This document shows, in pieces, positions 11,488-23,050 of a stretch of 64,000 bases of DNA (position 1 is its first letter; the number at the start of each line of letters is the position of its first letter). Below the pieces are notes generated by a model that did not search any database, was not told the origin of the DNA, and was given only the letters and a program-made list of their open reading frames with translations. A program made the translations under genes and the position numbers. The stretch is from Macrostomum lignano (lineage: Eukaryota): positions 1-64,000 of the forward strand of contig NIVC01002463.1 in assembly GCA_002269645.1 (NCBI GenBank). Reading direction: 5' to 3'.

Positions 11488-14400
11488 TCTCTACCTATAA
11501 AAACCAAAACTCTGTCTGTCTGTCTGTGGACAAATTACTTCGCTATGGACTCCCAAACCGCTCAACCAAATTACACCAAACTTTACACCCACCCTAAACT
11601 TACTACGGAGAATGTCTTAGGCTACCTTAAAATTTCCTAGACTCAAGTCTTCCTACCTAAAAGTACAAAAAACTGCTCAAAATGCGCGATTTTTTCACTA
11701 AATCCTCCATAGCGCCACTCCACTTTTACCAATCCTCTTCAAATTTGACACGAACAATGTTAAACTATTTTGACACAATCGTGTAAAATTTCGAGTCCCA
11801 AAGTTAATCCTGAACAGCGCTGTGCACTTTTAAAGTTAGGCTGCTTTTTTTCAGCGAGACAGCCACCCCAACCTCCGCCCGCCTGCCTCTCTTTCCCGAT
11901 CTGGGCCCAGATGTGTAAAAGGGGTTTCAAAATTGACTAACTTTCGGCTGCCATAAGTTTGCTCCACGTAAAGCGATTGACTTCAAATTTAACACAATTC
12001 TTCTTTGACTCATTCTCTGACTAAATGTAAAGTCTCAACTCTGTATCTCAATCAGGACGGAAACTGTAAGCATGTGAAGTTTGTCTGCTTTTTCTGTATT
12101 TTGCGCCGCTAAATCACTCTCACTCTTCCCCACGCCCAGACGAAGGGTCATGCGATAGGGCTCAATGTACATAGCAAATGTACAGTGTTTTGGAATAACT
12201 TTTTAATAGCCTTCTCTGTACCCCCGCGAGTGGAGAGGCGTGGAGAGGAGAGAGTTTAGCCAGAGATTCAAACCAGTCCTCTGTATAGACAAGTCGCAGC
12301 AGTTAACCTTTTAAAGTGTTTAAACCTTAAAAACAAGGATGGCAAATCAAGGCGATGTGGGAAGGTTTGTAAAAATAGCGAAAAATTAATGAATAACTGA
12401 TTACAATGCAATCCTATTATCCTACTAAATTAGTTACACCATGAAAATTTTAACATTAAGATTCGCATAAGGTACTTTAAAATTTAAATGGTCTCCTAAG
12501 AAATGCGTATTTCCTTGGTTGTTAGACTGCTGCAGACTGTGGTGGTGGAGCTGGAGAATGGAGATACAAAAATTCCTCTCAGGGCTGCTAATTGGCCAGA
12601 AAGATGACGTGATTAAAGCATGAGAAATGATAACAACCATGATAGTACTATGTCCCATGATAGTACTTTCGAAGCAGGGATCGGCAGATTTTTATCTCAA
12701 AGGCCAGATAAAGAATCCAGCTCAGGGCTGCGGGCCAGATGAGAGTGAAAAGGAAAAGGAATAGACTATTAGAGAGGAAGGAGGGGCGAGAGGGGGATAA
12801 GAGAAAAGATAGAAGATAATAGGAGAGACGAGGGGGTTGAAGAGAGAGCAGAGAATATGGACGAAGAAGCGAGAGGAGGGGAGAGAGAAGGGAGAGGAAA
12901 TAGTAGAGGTGAGAAGATGGAGAGAGAAGAGGGGAGAGATGAGACAGAGGATCAAACAGAGAGGAGAGTAGAGAAGAGTGAGAAGAGATGAGAGAACAGA
13001 GGTACCTTAAGGTAGATGAGAGAGGATCGAGAGGAGAGATTCGAAAGGATAGAGAAGAGAGGAGATAAGGGGGGAGAGAGGGGAAGAGAGAGGAGTGAGA
13101 AGAGGAGATAAGAGATGAGAGTGAGAGATGAGTGAGAAGATGAGATAAGAGATAAGAGATAAGAGAGAGAGAGTTGAGAAAGAAGAGAGGAGAAAGGAGA
13201 GATGATAGAGTAAAGGGAAGAGGAGGAGAGAGTGGAGATGACAGATGAAGGAAGAGAGGGCAGAGTGCAGAGAGACGAGAGAAGAGAATATAGAGGGGAG
13301 AGAGTATAGAAGAGGGAAGAGAAGAGAGGAGTAAGGAAAGAGATTAGTCAGAAGAGGGGAAAGAGAAGAGTACACAGTAGAGAGGAGAGTAGAGATGACA
13401 GAAGAGAGAGGGGAATGAGAGAGTGAAGATGAGGGTGAACAGACGATATAAGAGAGGAGAGAGGAGAGTGAGAGAGAAGAGAGAAGAAAAGAGAGGGAGA
13501 GAGTATAGAAGAGAGAAGTGAAGAGACGAGAAGAAAGAAGAAAAGATCGAGTCCTCCTGAGTCAAAAAAGGGGAAAGAGAGGAGTAAAAGGTGAGAGAGG
13601 AAAGAGGTGAGAGAACATATGAGAGTAAAGATGAAATATGAGAGAGGGGAGATGAGAGATCAGAAACGAGAGTGAACAGACGAGAGATGGGAGAGTGGAG
13701 AAAAAAGGAGAACTATAAGAAATAAGAGATGAGAGGTAAGTGAGGAGAGAGGAGGGGAAGGGAGAGAATCGGGAGGACATGGGAAATTGGTGAAAAGGAC
13801 GAGAGAGGAGAGGAAAGAGGGGAGAGATTAGAGAGAAGAGAGATAGGACAGGAGAGAGCAGAGAGATAAGAGATGAGAGACAGAGAAGGGAGGGGAGAGA
13901 AAGCAGAGATTTGAGAAAAGATAAGAGAGAGAAGACAAAAGAAGAGAAATAAGAGATAAGAGAGCAAAGACGAGAGAGGAGGTGAGGGAAGAGACGATAG
14001 AAGACATGAGAGGAGAGAGTTGAGAGAAGAGAGGAAAAAGGAGAGAGTAGAGATAAGGAAAGTGTTGAGAGAGGGTAGAGTAAGGAGTGAGAAGAGAGGT
14101 GAGGGAAGAGAGAGTAGAGAGCAGAGGGAAGAGAGAGTAGAGAGCAGAGAGAAATGAGAAGAGATAAAAAAGGAAAAAGGAGATATGAGAGACCAGAGAG
14201 AAGAGAGGAGAGGAGATAGAAAAGAATAGAAGGGAGAGGGAAGAGACGAGAGAGGAGAGAGGACAGAGGAGAGAAGAAAGAAAAGATAACAGGAGACAGA
14301 GAGAGAAGAGACGAGACAGAAGATAGGAAACAGAAAAGAAGATGGAAGTTTCAAAGGATGCAAAGGACATAGGGAGAGGCAGAGGTACAGGCCTGAGTTT

Positions 14401-14610
14401 ACCTAACATTCTGCGCAGCACCCCAGCCAACAATATCAATGTTTGCCTCAAATCCTAATTTTACATGAATGTACAACATTTTATGTTTAACTCTATCCTA
14501 ACTATTAACAAGTTTTATTTGAATTTGACCTCAGATTTTAGAATACATGCAAAAATAATTCCGGGGATTGGAATTCCCTGGGTTCAAAATCCGCGGGTTT
14601 CAACAGCTTG
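11488..14610 (+). mobile_element. Non-autonomous Helitron-like element, copy 2 (about 3.12 kb), head-to-tail with copy 1
   Basis: Junction cagcttg|tctctacctataaaaa at 11487/11488. Same 3' end aatccgcgggtttcaacagcttg, followed by T at 14611. Homologous throughout to copy 1 but diverged. Confidence 0.75.
12740..14390. repeat. Purine-rich (GA) low-complexity tract inside Helitron-like copy 2
   Basis: Alignable by eye to the 9690-11260 tract. Confidence 0.9.
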
Positions 14611-14946
14611 TAGATATATAAAAAAAGCATGAGGCCAGCGAAGCCTCTCTATCCGGCCCTCGGGTCTTTTGAAACTTCAAAATAGCAATCCAGCCCGCTC
14701 AAGGTTTGTGTCTCTTCTCAGCTCTTTTCTCTCCTTTCTCCGGTGAGTCCATAGCCCAGTAATGAAAACTAAGACCTGATGAAGAAGAGTCAGAACCCAG
14801 AGAGATGTCAGTCAGTTAGTTTGCAGTGAAGTCAGACTTGACAAAGTAGAAAAACTTAGAGAATGGTCCTGGTACTTTGTTAAAACCTTTTATATCGTAT
14901 CAGCTACCAGTTTTGCTCTCCTATCCTCTGCGGACTATGCTCTCAC

Positions 14947-15376
14947 CCGCGATGAGTCCGAACTGTCGCACCAGCAGCAGGTACACAATAACGGAGGTGC
15001 GCTCTCTCTTGGTGGTCACTCGGACCACGTCGGCGTACAGCGGCGGCTCCGCTCCAGCTCCAGCGCCGGCCACGAATCGGCCCAGCAGGATGAGCCAGGG
15101 CTGGGAGGCGGCGAAGTAGATCAGGTTGCCGGCGATCTCCAGCTGATTGGCGATGATGATGAGCAGCTTCACCCGGAGCAGATTCCTGCGCGACAGCCAG
15201 CCGAACAGCGGGGTGCAGAACAGGGCGGACACGTTGAAGGCGGCCAGGGTGGCGCCGTAGAACTGCACGCTGGTCTTCAGGTCGAAGCGGGTGTACAGGT
15301 ACAGCCAGAGCGTCGGCAGGATGATGGACCGCTCGACTCCGGTGAGCAGGCCCCAGAAGCCGCCGATGACGGTGAC
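14947..15376 (-). CDS. MFSD8: MFSD8/CLN7-like transporter, exon 2
   Basis: Acceptor ttacag, phase 0. Reads VTVIGGFWGLLTGVERSIILPTLWLYL...LFGWLSRR...LLGRFVAGAGAG...GLIA(G), with MFS motif A-like and GRF motifs. Donor gtgaga, phase 1, matching exon 3. Confidence 0.88.
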
Positions 15377-15557
15377 CTGTAAGGTGAATTGATTTGATTT
15401 CCAGTGACCAGGTGAGATTCCGCAAAGGTGTTTCAAGCAATATTGATCAACACGTTTAAGACCGTTGAGACTTCTTCGTATACTTGATATGCCAACGACT
15501 AAAAACTCTTAAACCGGTGCTGGTGCCTTATGACTACGCTTATTATTACGAGCTATC

Positions 15558-15846
15558 ATTATTTATTCACCTGCCCTAACAGGCAGATGTGCAACCGACA
15601 GCTCAGCCGCAGCTATTGCGCGGCGCATCTGAAGGCTGCGTACGGCTGTTCAGTCCAAGGACTGGGGGGTCGCCACACACACCCTCAATTACCCCAGCTG
15701 GCACCCATTTTACAGCTGGGTGAACTGAAGCAATGCAGAGTTAAGTGTCTTGCTCAAGGACACATTATTCCGACTGGGATCGGGAATCGAACCCCTGACC
15801 TTCAAGTCGTGAGTCCGACGCTCTAACCATTAGGCTACAACCCCTT
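15558..15846 (-). mobile_element. Full-length tRNA-derived SINE with MIR/CORE-like central domain
   Basis: Minus strand: GGGGTTGTAGCCTAATGGTTAGAGCG (A box)...GGTTCGATTCCC (B box), then TGTGTCCTTGAGCAAGACACTTAACTCTGCATTGCTTCAGTTCACCCAGCTGTAAAATGGGT (CORE-like), then an AT-rich tail. Confidence 0.9.
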
Positions 15847-18800
15847 GGCTACAGCCCCTTGGCTACAACCCCTTGGCTACAACCCCTTAGCTACAGCCCT
15901 CTTGGCTACAGCCCCCTTGGCTACAACCCCTTAGCTACAGCCCTCTTGGCTATAACCCCTTGGCTACAGCCCCCTTGGCTACAACCCCTTGGCTACAGCC
16001 CTCTTGGCTACAACCCCTTGGCTACAACCCCTTGGCTACAGCCCCCTTGGCTACAACCCCTTGGCTACAGCCCCCTTGGCTACAGCCCCCTTGGCTACAG
16101 CCCCCTTGGCTACAACCCCTTGTCTACAGCCCTATTGGCTACAGCCCCCTTGGCTACAGCCCCCTTGGCTACAGCCCCCTTGGCTACAACCCCTTGGCTA
16201 CAACCCCTTGGCTACAGCCCCCTTGGCTACAACCCCTTGGCTACAGCCCCCTTGGCTACAGCCCCCTTGGCTACAACCCCTTAGCTACAGCCCCCTTGGC
16301 TACAGCCCCCTTGGCTACAGCATCCTTGGCTACAGCCCCCTTGGCTACAGCCCCCTTGGCTACAGCCCCTTGGCTACAACCCCTTAGCTACAGCCCCCTT
16401 GGCTACAGCCCCCTTGGCTACAACCCCTTAGCTACAGCCCCCTTGGCTACAGCCCCCTTGGCTACAACCCCTTAGCTACAGCCCTCTTGGCTACAACCCC
16501 TTGGCTACAACCCCTTGGCTACAGCCCCCTTGGCTACAACCCCTTAGCTACAGCCCTCTTGGCTACAACCCCTTAGCTACAACCCCTTGGCTACAGCCCC
16601 CTTGGCTACAACCCCTTGGCTACAGCCCCCTTGGCTACAGCCCCCTTGGCTACAGCCCCCTTGGCTACAACCCCTTAGCTACAGCCCTCTTGGCTATAAC
16701 CCCTTGGCTACAGCCCCCTTGGCTACAACCCCTTGGCTACAGCCCTCTTGGCTACAACCCCTTGGCTACAACCCCTTGGCTACAGCCCCCTTGGCTACAA
16801 CCCCTTGGCTACAGCCCTCTTGGCTACAACCCCTTGGCTACAACCCCTTGGCTACAGCCCCCTTGGCTACAACCCCTTGGCTACAGCCCCCTTGGCTACA
16901 GCCCCCTTGGCTACAGCCCCCTTGACTACAACCCCTTGTCTACAGCCCCCTTGGCTACAGCCCCCTTGGCTACAGCCCCCTTGGCTACAGCCCCCTTGGC
17001 TACAACCCCTTGGCTACAACCCCTTGGCTACAGCCCCCTTGGCTACAACCCCTTGGCTACAGCCCCCTTGGCTACAACCCCTTAGCTACAGCCCCCTTGG
17101 CTACAGCCCCCTTGGCTACAACCCCTTAGCTACAGCCCCCTTGGCTACAGCCCCCTTGGCTACAGCATCCTTGGCTACAGCCCCCTTGGCTACAGCCCCC
17201 TTGGCTACAGCCCCTTGGCTACAACCCCTTGGCTACAGCCCCCTTGGCTACAACCCCTTGGCTACAACCCCTTAGCTACAGCCCTCTTGGCTATAACCCC
17301 TTAGCTACAGCCCCCTTGGCTACAGCCCCCTTGGCTACAACCCCTTAGCTACGGCCCTCTTGGCTATAACCCCTTGGCTACAGCCCCCTTGGCTACAACC
17401 CCTTGGCTACAGCCCTCTTGGCTACAACCCCTTGGCTACAGCCCCCTTGGCTTCAACCCCTTGGCTACAGCCCTCTTGGCTACAACCCCTTGGCTACAAC
17501 CTCTTGGCTACAGCCCCCTTGGCTACAACCCCTTGGCTACAGCCCCCTTGGCTACAGCCCCCTTGGCTACAGCCCCCTTGGCTACAACCCCTTGGCTACA
17601 GCCCCCTTGGCTACAGCCCCCTTGGCTACAGCCCCCTTGGCTACAACCCCTTGGCTACAACCCCTTGGCTACAGCCCCCTTGGCTACAGCCCCCTTGGCT
17701 ACAGCCCCCTTGGCTACAACCCCTTGGCTACAGCCCCCTTGGCTACAACCCCTTAGCTACAGCCCCCTTGGCTACAGCCCCCTTGGCTACAACCCCTTAG
17801 CTACAGCCCCCTTGGCTACAGCCCCCTTGGCTACAGCATCCTTGGCTACAGCCCCCTTGGCTACAACCCCTTAGCTACAGCCCCCTTGGCTACAACCCCT
17901 TGGCTACAGCCCCCTTGGCTACAGCCCCCTTGGCTACAACCCCTTAGCTACAGCCCCCTTGGCTACAACCCCTTCGCTACAGCCCCCTTGGCTACAGCCC
18001 CCTTGGCTACAGCCCCCTTGGCTACAGCCCCCTTGGCTACAGCCCCCTTGGCTACAACCCCTTGGCTACAACCCCTTGGCTACAGCCCCCTTGGCTACAA
18101 CCCCTTGGCTACAGCCCCCTTGGCTACAACCCCTTGGCTACAGCCCCCTTGGCTACAGCCCCCTTGGCTACAACCCCTTGGCTACATCCCCCTTGGCTAC
18201 AGCCCCCTTGGCTACAGCCCCCTTGGCTACAGCCCCCTTGGCTACAACCCCTTGGCTACAGCCCCCTTTGCTACAGCCCCCTTGGCTACAGCCCCCTTGG
18301 CTACAGCCCCCTTGGCTACAACCCCTTGGCTACAACCCCTTGGCTACAACCCCTTGGCTACAGCCCCCTTGGCTACAGCCCCCTTGGCTACAACCCCTTA
18401 GCTACAGCCCCTTGGCTACAACCCCTTGGCTACAGCCCCCTTGGCTACAGCCCCTTGGCTACAGCCCCCTTGGCTACAACCCCTTGTCTACAGCCCTCTT
18501 GGCTACAACCCCTTGGCTACAGCCCCCTTGGCTACAGCCCCCTTGGCTACAACCCCTTAGCTACAGCCCCCTTGGCTACAACCCCTTAGCTACAGCCCTC
18601 TTGGCTACAACCCCTTGGCTACAACCCCTTGGCTACAGCCCCCTTGGCTACAACCCCTTAGCTACAGCCCTCTTGGCTACAACCCCTTAGCTACAACCCC
18701 TTGGCTACAGCCCCCTTGGCTACAACCCCTTGGCTACAGCCCCCTTGGCTACAGCCCCCTTGGCTACAGCCCCCTTGGCTACAACCCCTTAGCTACAGCC

Positions 18801-21800
18801 CCCTTGGCTACAACCCCTTAGCTACAGCCCCCTTGGCTACAACCCCTTGGCTACAGCCCCCTTGGCTACAGCCCCCTTGGCTACAGCCCCCTTGGCTACA
18901 ACCCCTTGTCTACAGCCCTCTTGGCTACAACCCCTTGGCTACAGCCCCCTTGGCTACAGCCCCCTTGGCTACAACCCCTTAGCTACAGACCCTTGGCTAC
19001 AACCCCTTAGCTACAGCCCTCTTGGCTACAACCCCTTGGCTACAACCCCTTGGCTACAGCCCCCTTGGCTACAACCCCTTAGCTACAGCCCTCTTGGCTA
19101 CAACCCCTTAGCTACAACCCCTTGGCTACAGCCCCCTTGGCTACAGCCCCCTTGGCTACAGCCCCCTTGGCTACAACCCCTTAGCTACAGCCCTCTTGGC
19201 TATAACCCCTTGGCTACAGCCCCCTTGGCTACAACCCCTTGGCTACAGCCCTCTTGGCTACAACCCCTTGGCTACAACCCCTTGGCTACAGCCCCCTTGG
19301 CTACAACCCCTTGGCTACAGCCCTCTTGGCTACAACCCCTTGGCTACAACCCCTTGGCTACAGCCCCCTTGGCTACAACCCCTTGGCTACAGCCCCCTTG
19401 GCTACAGCCCCCTTGGCTACAGCCCCCTTGACTACAACCCCTTGTCTACAGCCCCTTGGCTACAGCCCCCTTGGCTACAGCCCCCTTGGCTACAGCCCCC
19501 TTGGCTACAACCCCTTGGCTACAACCCCTTGGCTACAGCCCCCTTGGCTACAACCCCTTGGCTACAGCCCCCTTGGCTACAACCCCTTAGCTACAGCCCC
19601 CTTGGCTACAGCCCCCTTGGCTACAACCCCTTAGCTACAGCCCCCTTGGCTACAACCCCTTGGCTACAGCCCCCTTGGCTACAGCCCCCTTGGCTACAGC
19701 CCCCTTGGCTACAGCCCCCTTGGCTACAACCCCTTGGCTACAACCCCTTAGCTACAGCCCTCTTGGCTATAACCCCTTGGCTACAGCCCCCTTGGCTACA
19801 GCCCCCTTGGCTACAACCCCTTAGCTACAGCCCTCTTGGCTATAACCCCTTGGCTACAGCCCCCTTGGCTACAACCCCTTGGCTACAGCCCTCTTGGCTA
19901 CAACCCCTTGGCTACAGCCCCCTTGGCTACAGCCCCCTTGGCTACAACCCCTTAGCTACAGCCCCCTTGGCTACAGCCCTCTTGGCTACAACCCCTTGGC
20001 TACAACCCCTTGGCTACAGCCCCCTTGGCTACAACCCCTTGGCTACAGCCCTCTTGGCTACAACCCCTTGGCTACAGCCCCCTTGGCTACAACCCCTTGG
20101 CTACAGCCCCCTTGGCTACAGCCCCCTTGGCTACAGCCCCCTTGGCTACAGCCCCCTTGGCTACAACCCCTTGGCTACAGCCCCCTTGGCTACAGCCCCC
20201 TTGGCTACAGCCCCCTTGGCTACAGCCCCCTTTGCTACAACCCCTTGGCTACAACCCCTTGGCTACAACCCCTTGGCTACAACCCCTTGGCTACAGCCCC
20301 CTTGGCTACAGCCCCCTTGGCTACAACCCCTTAGCTACAGCCCCCTTGGCTACAACCCCTTGGCTACAGCCCCCTTGGCTACAGCCCCCTTGGCTACAGC
20401 CCCCTTGGCTACAACCCCTTGTCTACAGCCCTCTTGGCTACAACCCCTTGGCTACAGCCCCCTTGGCTACAGCCCCCTTGGCTACAACCCCTTAGCTACA
20501 GCCCCCTTGGCTACAACCCCTTAGCTACAGCCCTCTTGGCTACAACCCCTTGGCTACAACCCCTTGGCTACAGCCCCCTTGGCTACAACCCCTTAGCTAC
20601 AGCCCTCTTGGCTACAACCCCTTAGCTACAACCCCTTGGCTACAGCCCCCTTGGCTACAACCCCTTGGCTACAGCCCCCTTGGCTACAGCCCCCTTGGCT
20701 ACAGCCCCCTTGGCTACAACCCCTTAGCTACAGCCCTCTTGGCTATAACCCCTTGGCTACAGCCCCCTTGGCTACAACCCCTTGGCTACAGCCCTCTTGG
20801 CTACAACCCCTTGGCTACAACCCCTTGGCTACAGCCCCCTTGGCTACAACCCCTTGGCTACAGCCCTCTTGGCTACAACCCCTTGGCTACAACCCCTTGG
20901 CTACAGCCCCCTTGGCTACAACCCCTTGGCTACAGCCCCCTTGGCTACAGCCCCCTTGGCTACAGCCCCCTTGGCTACAGCCCCCTTGGCTACAACCCCT
21001 TGGCTACAGCCCCCTTGGCTACAACCCCTTGGCTACAGCCCCCTTGGCTACAACCCCTTAGCTACAGCCCCCTTGGCTACAGCCCCCTTGGCTACAACCC
21101 CTTAGCTACAGCCCCCTTGGCTACAACCCCTTGGCTACAGCCCCCTTGGCTACAGCCCCCTTGGCTACAGCCCCCTTGGCTACAGCCCCCTTGGCTACAA
21201 CCCCTTGGCTACAACCCCTTAGCTACAGCCCTCTTGGCTATAACCCCTTGGCTACAGCCCCCTTGGCTACAGCCCCCTTGGCTACAACCCCTTAGCTACA
21301 GCCCTCTTGGCTATAACCCCTTGGCTACAGCCCCTTGGCTACAACCCCTTGGCTACAGCCCTCTTGGCTACAACCCCTTGGCTACAACCCCTTGGCTACA
21401 GCCCCCTTGGCTACAACCCCTTGGCTACAGCCCTCTTGGCTACAACCCCTTGGCTACAACCCCTTGGCTACAGCCCCCTTGGCTACAACCCCTTGGCTAC
21501 AGCCCCCTTGGCTACAACCCCTTGGCTACAGCCCCCTTGGCTACAGCCCCCTTGGCTACAACCCCTTGGCTACAGCCCCCTTGGCTACAGCCCCCTTGGC
21601 TACAGCCCCCTTGGCTACAGCCCCCTTGGCTACAACCCCTTGGCTACAGCCCCCTTGGCTACAGCCCCTTGGCTACAGCCCCCTTGGCTACAGCCCCCTT
21701 GGCTACAACCCCTTGGCTACAGCCCCCTTGGCTACAGCCCCCTTGGCTACAGCCCCCTTGGCTACAGCCCCCTTGGCTACAACCCCTTGGCTACAGCCCC

Positions 21801-22325
21801 CTTGGCTACAGCCCCTTAGCTACAGCCCTCTTGGCTACAACCCCTTGGCTACAACCCCTTGGCTACAGCCCCCTTGGCTACAACCCCTTAGCTACAGCCC
21901 TCTTGGCTACAACCCCTTAGCTACAACCCCTTGGCTACAGCCCCCTTGGCTACAACCCCTTGGCTACAGCCCCCTTGGCTACAGCCCCCTTGGCTACAGC
22001 CCCCTTGGCTACAACCCCTTGACTACAGCCCCCTTGGCTACAGCCCCCTTGGCTACAGCCCCCTTGGCTACAGCCCCCTTGGCTACAGCCCCCTTGGCTA
22101 CAGCCCCCTTGGCTACAATCCCTTAGCTACAGCCCCCTTGGCTACAACCCCTTGGCTACAGCCCCCTTGGCTACAGCCCCCTTGGCTACAACCCCCTTGG
22201 CTACAACCCCCTTGGCTACAACCCCTTGACTACGACCCCCTTGGCTACGACCCCCTTGGCTACAGCATCCTTGGCTACAGCCCCCTTGGCTACAACCCCC
22301 TTAGCTACAGCCCCCCTGACTACAC
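15833..22325. repeat. 6.5-kb satellite of 14/15-nt units GGCTACAACCCCTT / GGCTACAGCCCCCTT
   Basis: Uninterrupted array of several hundred units with recurring variants; lies entirely in MFSD8 intron 1. Confidence 0.98.
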
Positions 22326-22369
22326 CACCTTTGCACAAAACACAGAAAGAAATGGATGTGCTAGCAAAC

Positions 22370-22525
22370 CTTGGCCTTGGCTGACAACGGGAACTGACTG
22401 CGCAGCCACTCGCAGAAGTGCGCCAGCTTTCGCACCGGCCGGTTGCTGGTGAGACCGGTGTTCTCTCCGCTGGGCTGCTGCTGCTGATCATCACTGTTTG
22501 TCTGGCGTTGATACGGATGCGTCAT
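22370..22525 (-). CDS. MFSD8: MFSD8/CLN7-like transporter, exon 1 (predicted)
   Basis: ATG at 22525; MTHPYQRQTNSDDQQQQPSGENTGLTSNRPVRKLAHFCEWLRSQFPLSAKAK, donor gtttgc, phase 0, joining exon 2 in frame. Total CDS 1635 nt, 544 aa. Confidence 0.7.
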
Positions 22526-22719
22526 CGAAGCTGTCGACCGCTTAATTGAGGGATAGTTGGGGATCCGTTACAGTATGATGAAGTGTATTATGACCTAGTA
22601 GCATCGCAATATTTTCAACATGATATTTTGCCTCACGTGTCCGGTTGACTTCATATGCAGTCTTTTTAAATAAAATCTTTTACATACTGGCGATTCTGGC
22701 CCACTGCACTGACTCCTGA

Positions 22720-23050
22720 GCACGTACTCCAGTACTGTACTTCAGCACGCACTCAAACATACGCTCACACAGGGTGTACAGTCACGCGCAAGCTCAGGAA
22801 CATCCTTGTGAACCAAAACGGGAAGGATATTCGGGCCCTCGTCATGACCTTTACCGGCCATGGCTACCTCGCCAGGTAACCGCTTCCTCCTCCGAGGCAA
22901 CCTCAAGAGTGACATTTGCCCCTTTTGCGAATCCGACAATAAAGATGCTCAGCGGCGGACCGACCTGACCGGCCACACGCTTCTGCTTCAAGGGCTAGCG
23001 GAATGGGCGAACCTCGCCTCCCCGCTGTGTCTACGCACCACCCTGCAGCT
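22720..23050 (+). mobile_element. Degenerate non-LTR retrotransposon ORF2 3' fragment (zinc-knuckle region)
   Basis: Frameshifted KDIRALVMTFTGHGYLAR/RFLLRGNLKSDICPFC, similar to the fragment at 38490; a separate TPEHVLQYC piece lies upstream. Confidence 0.6.

Noticed and set aside
9585-14451. Leu/Ser-rich and Glu/Arg-rich ORFs up to 352 aa
   Set aside because: By-products of GA low-complexity tracts.
15775-15846. tRNA gene (also at 44603 and 25880)
   Set aside because: A and B boxes are present, but the sequence continues into a shared SINE body and lacks a proper 3' acceptor stem.
15859-22452. Dozens of long ORFs (ATAPL/WLQPP/GYSPL repeats)
   Set aside because: Translations of the 14/15-nt satellite; unit lengths shift frame and the array is intronic.
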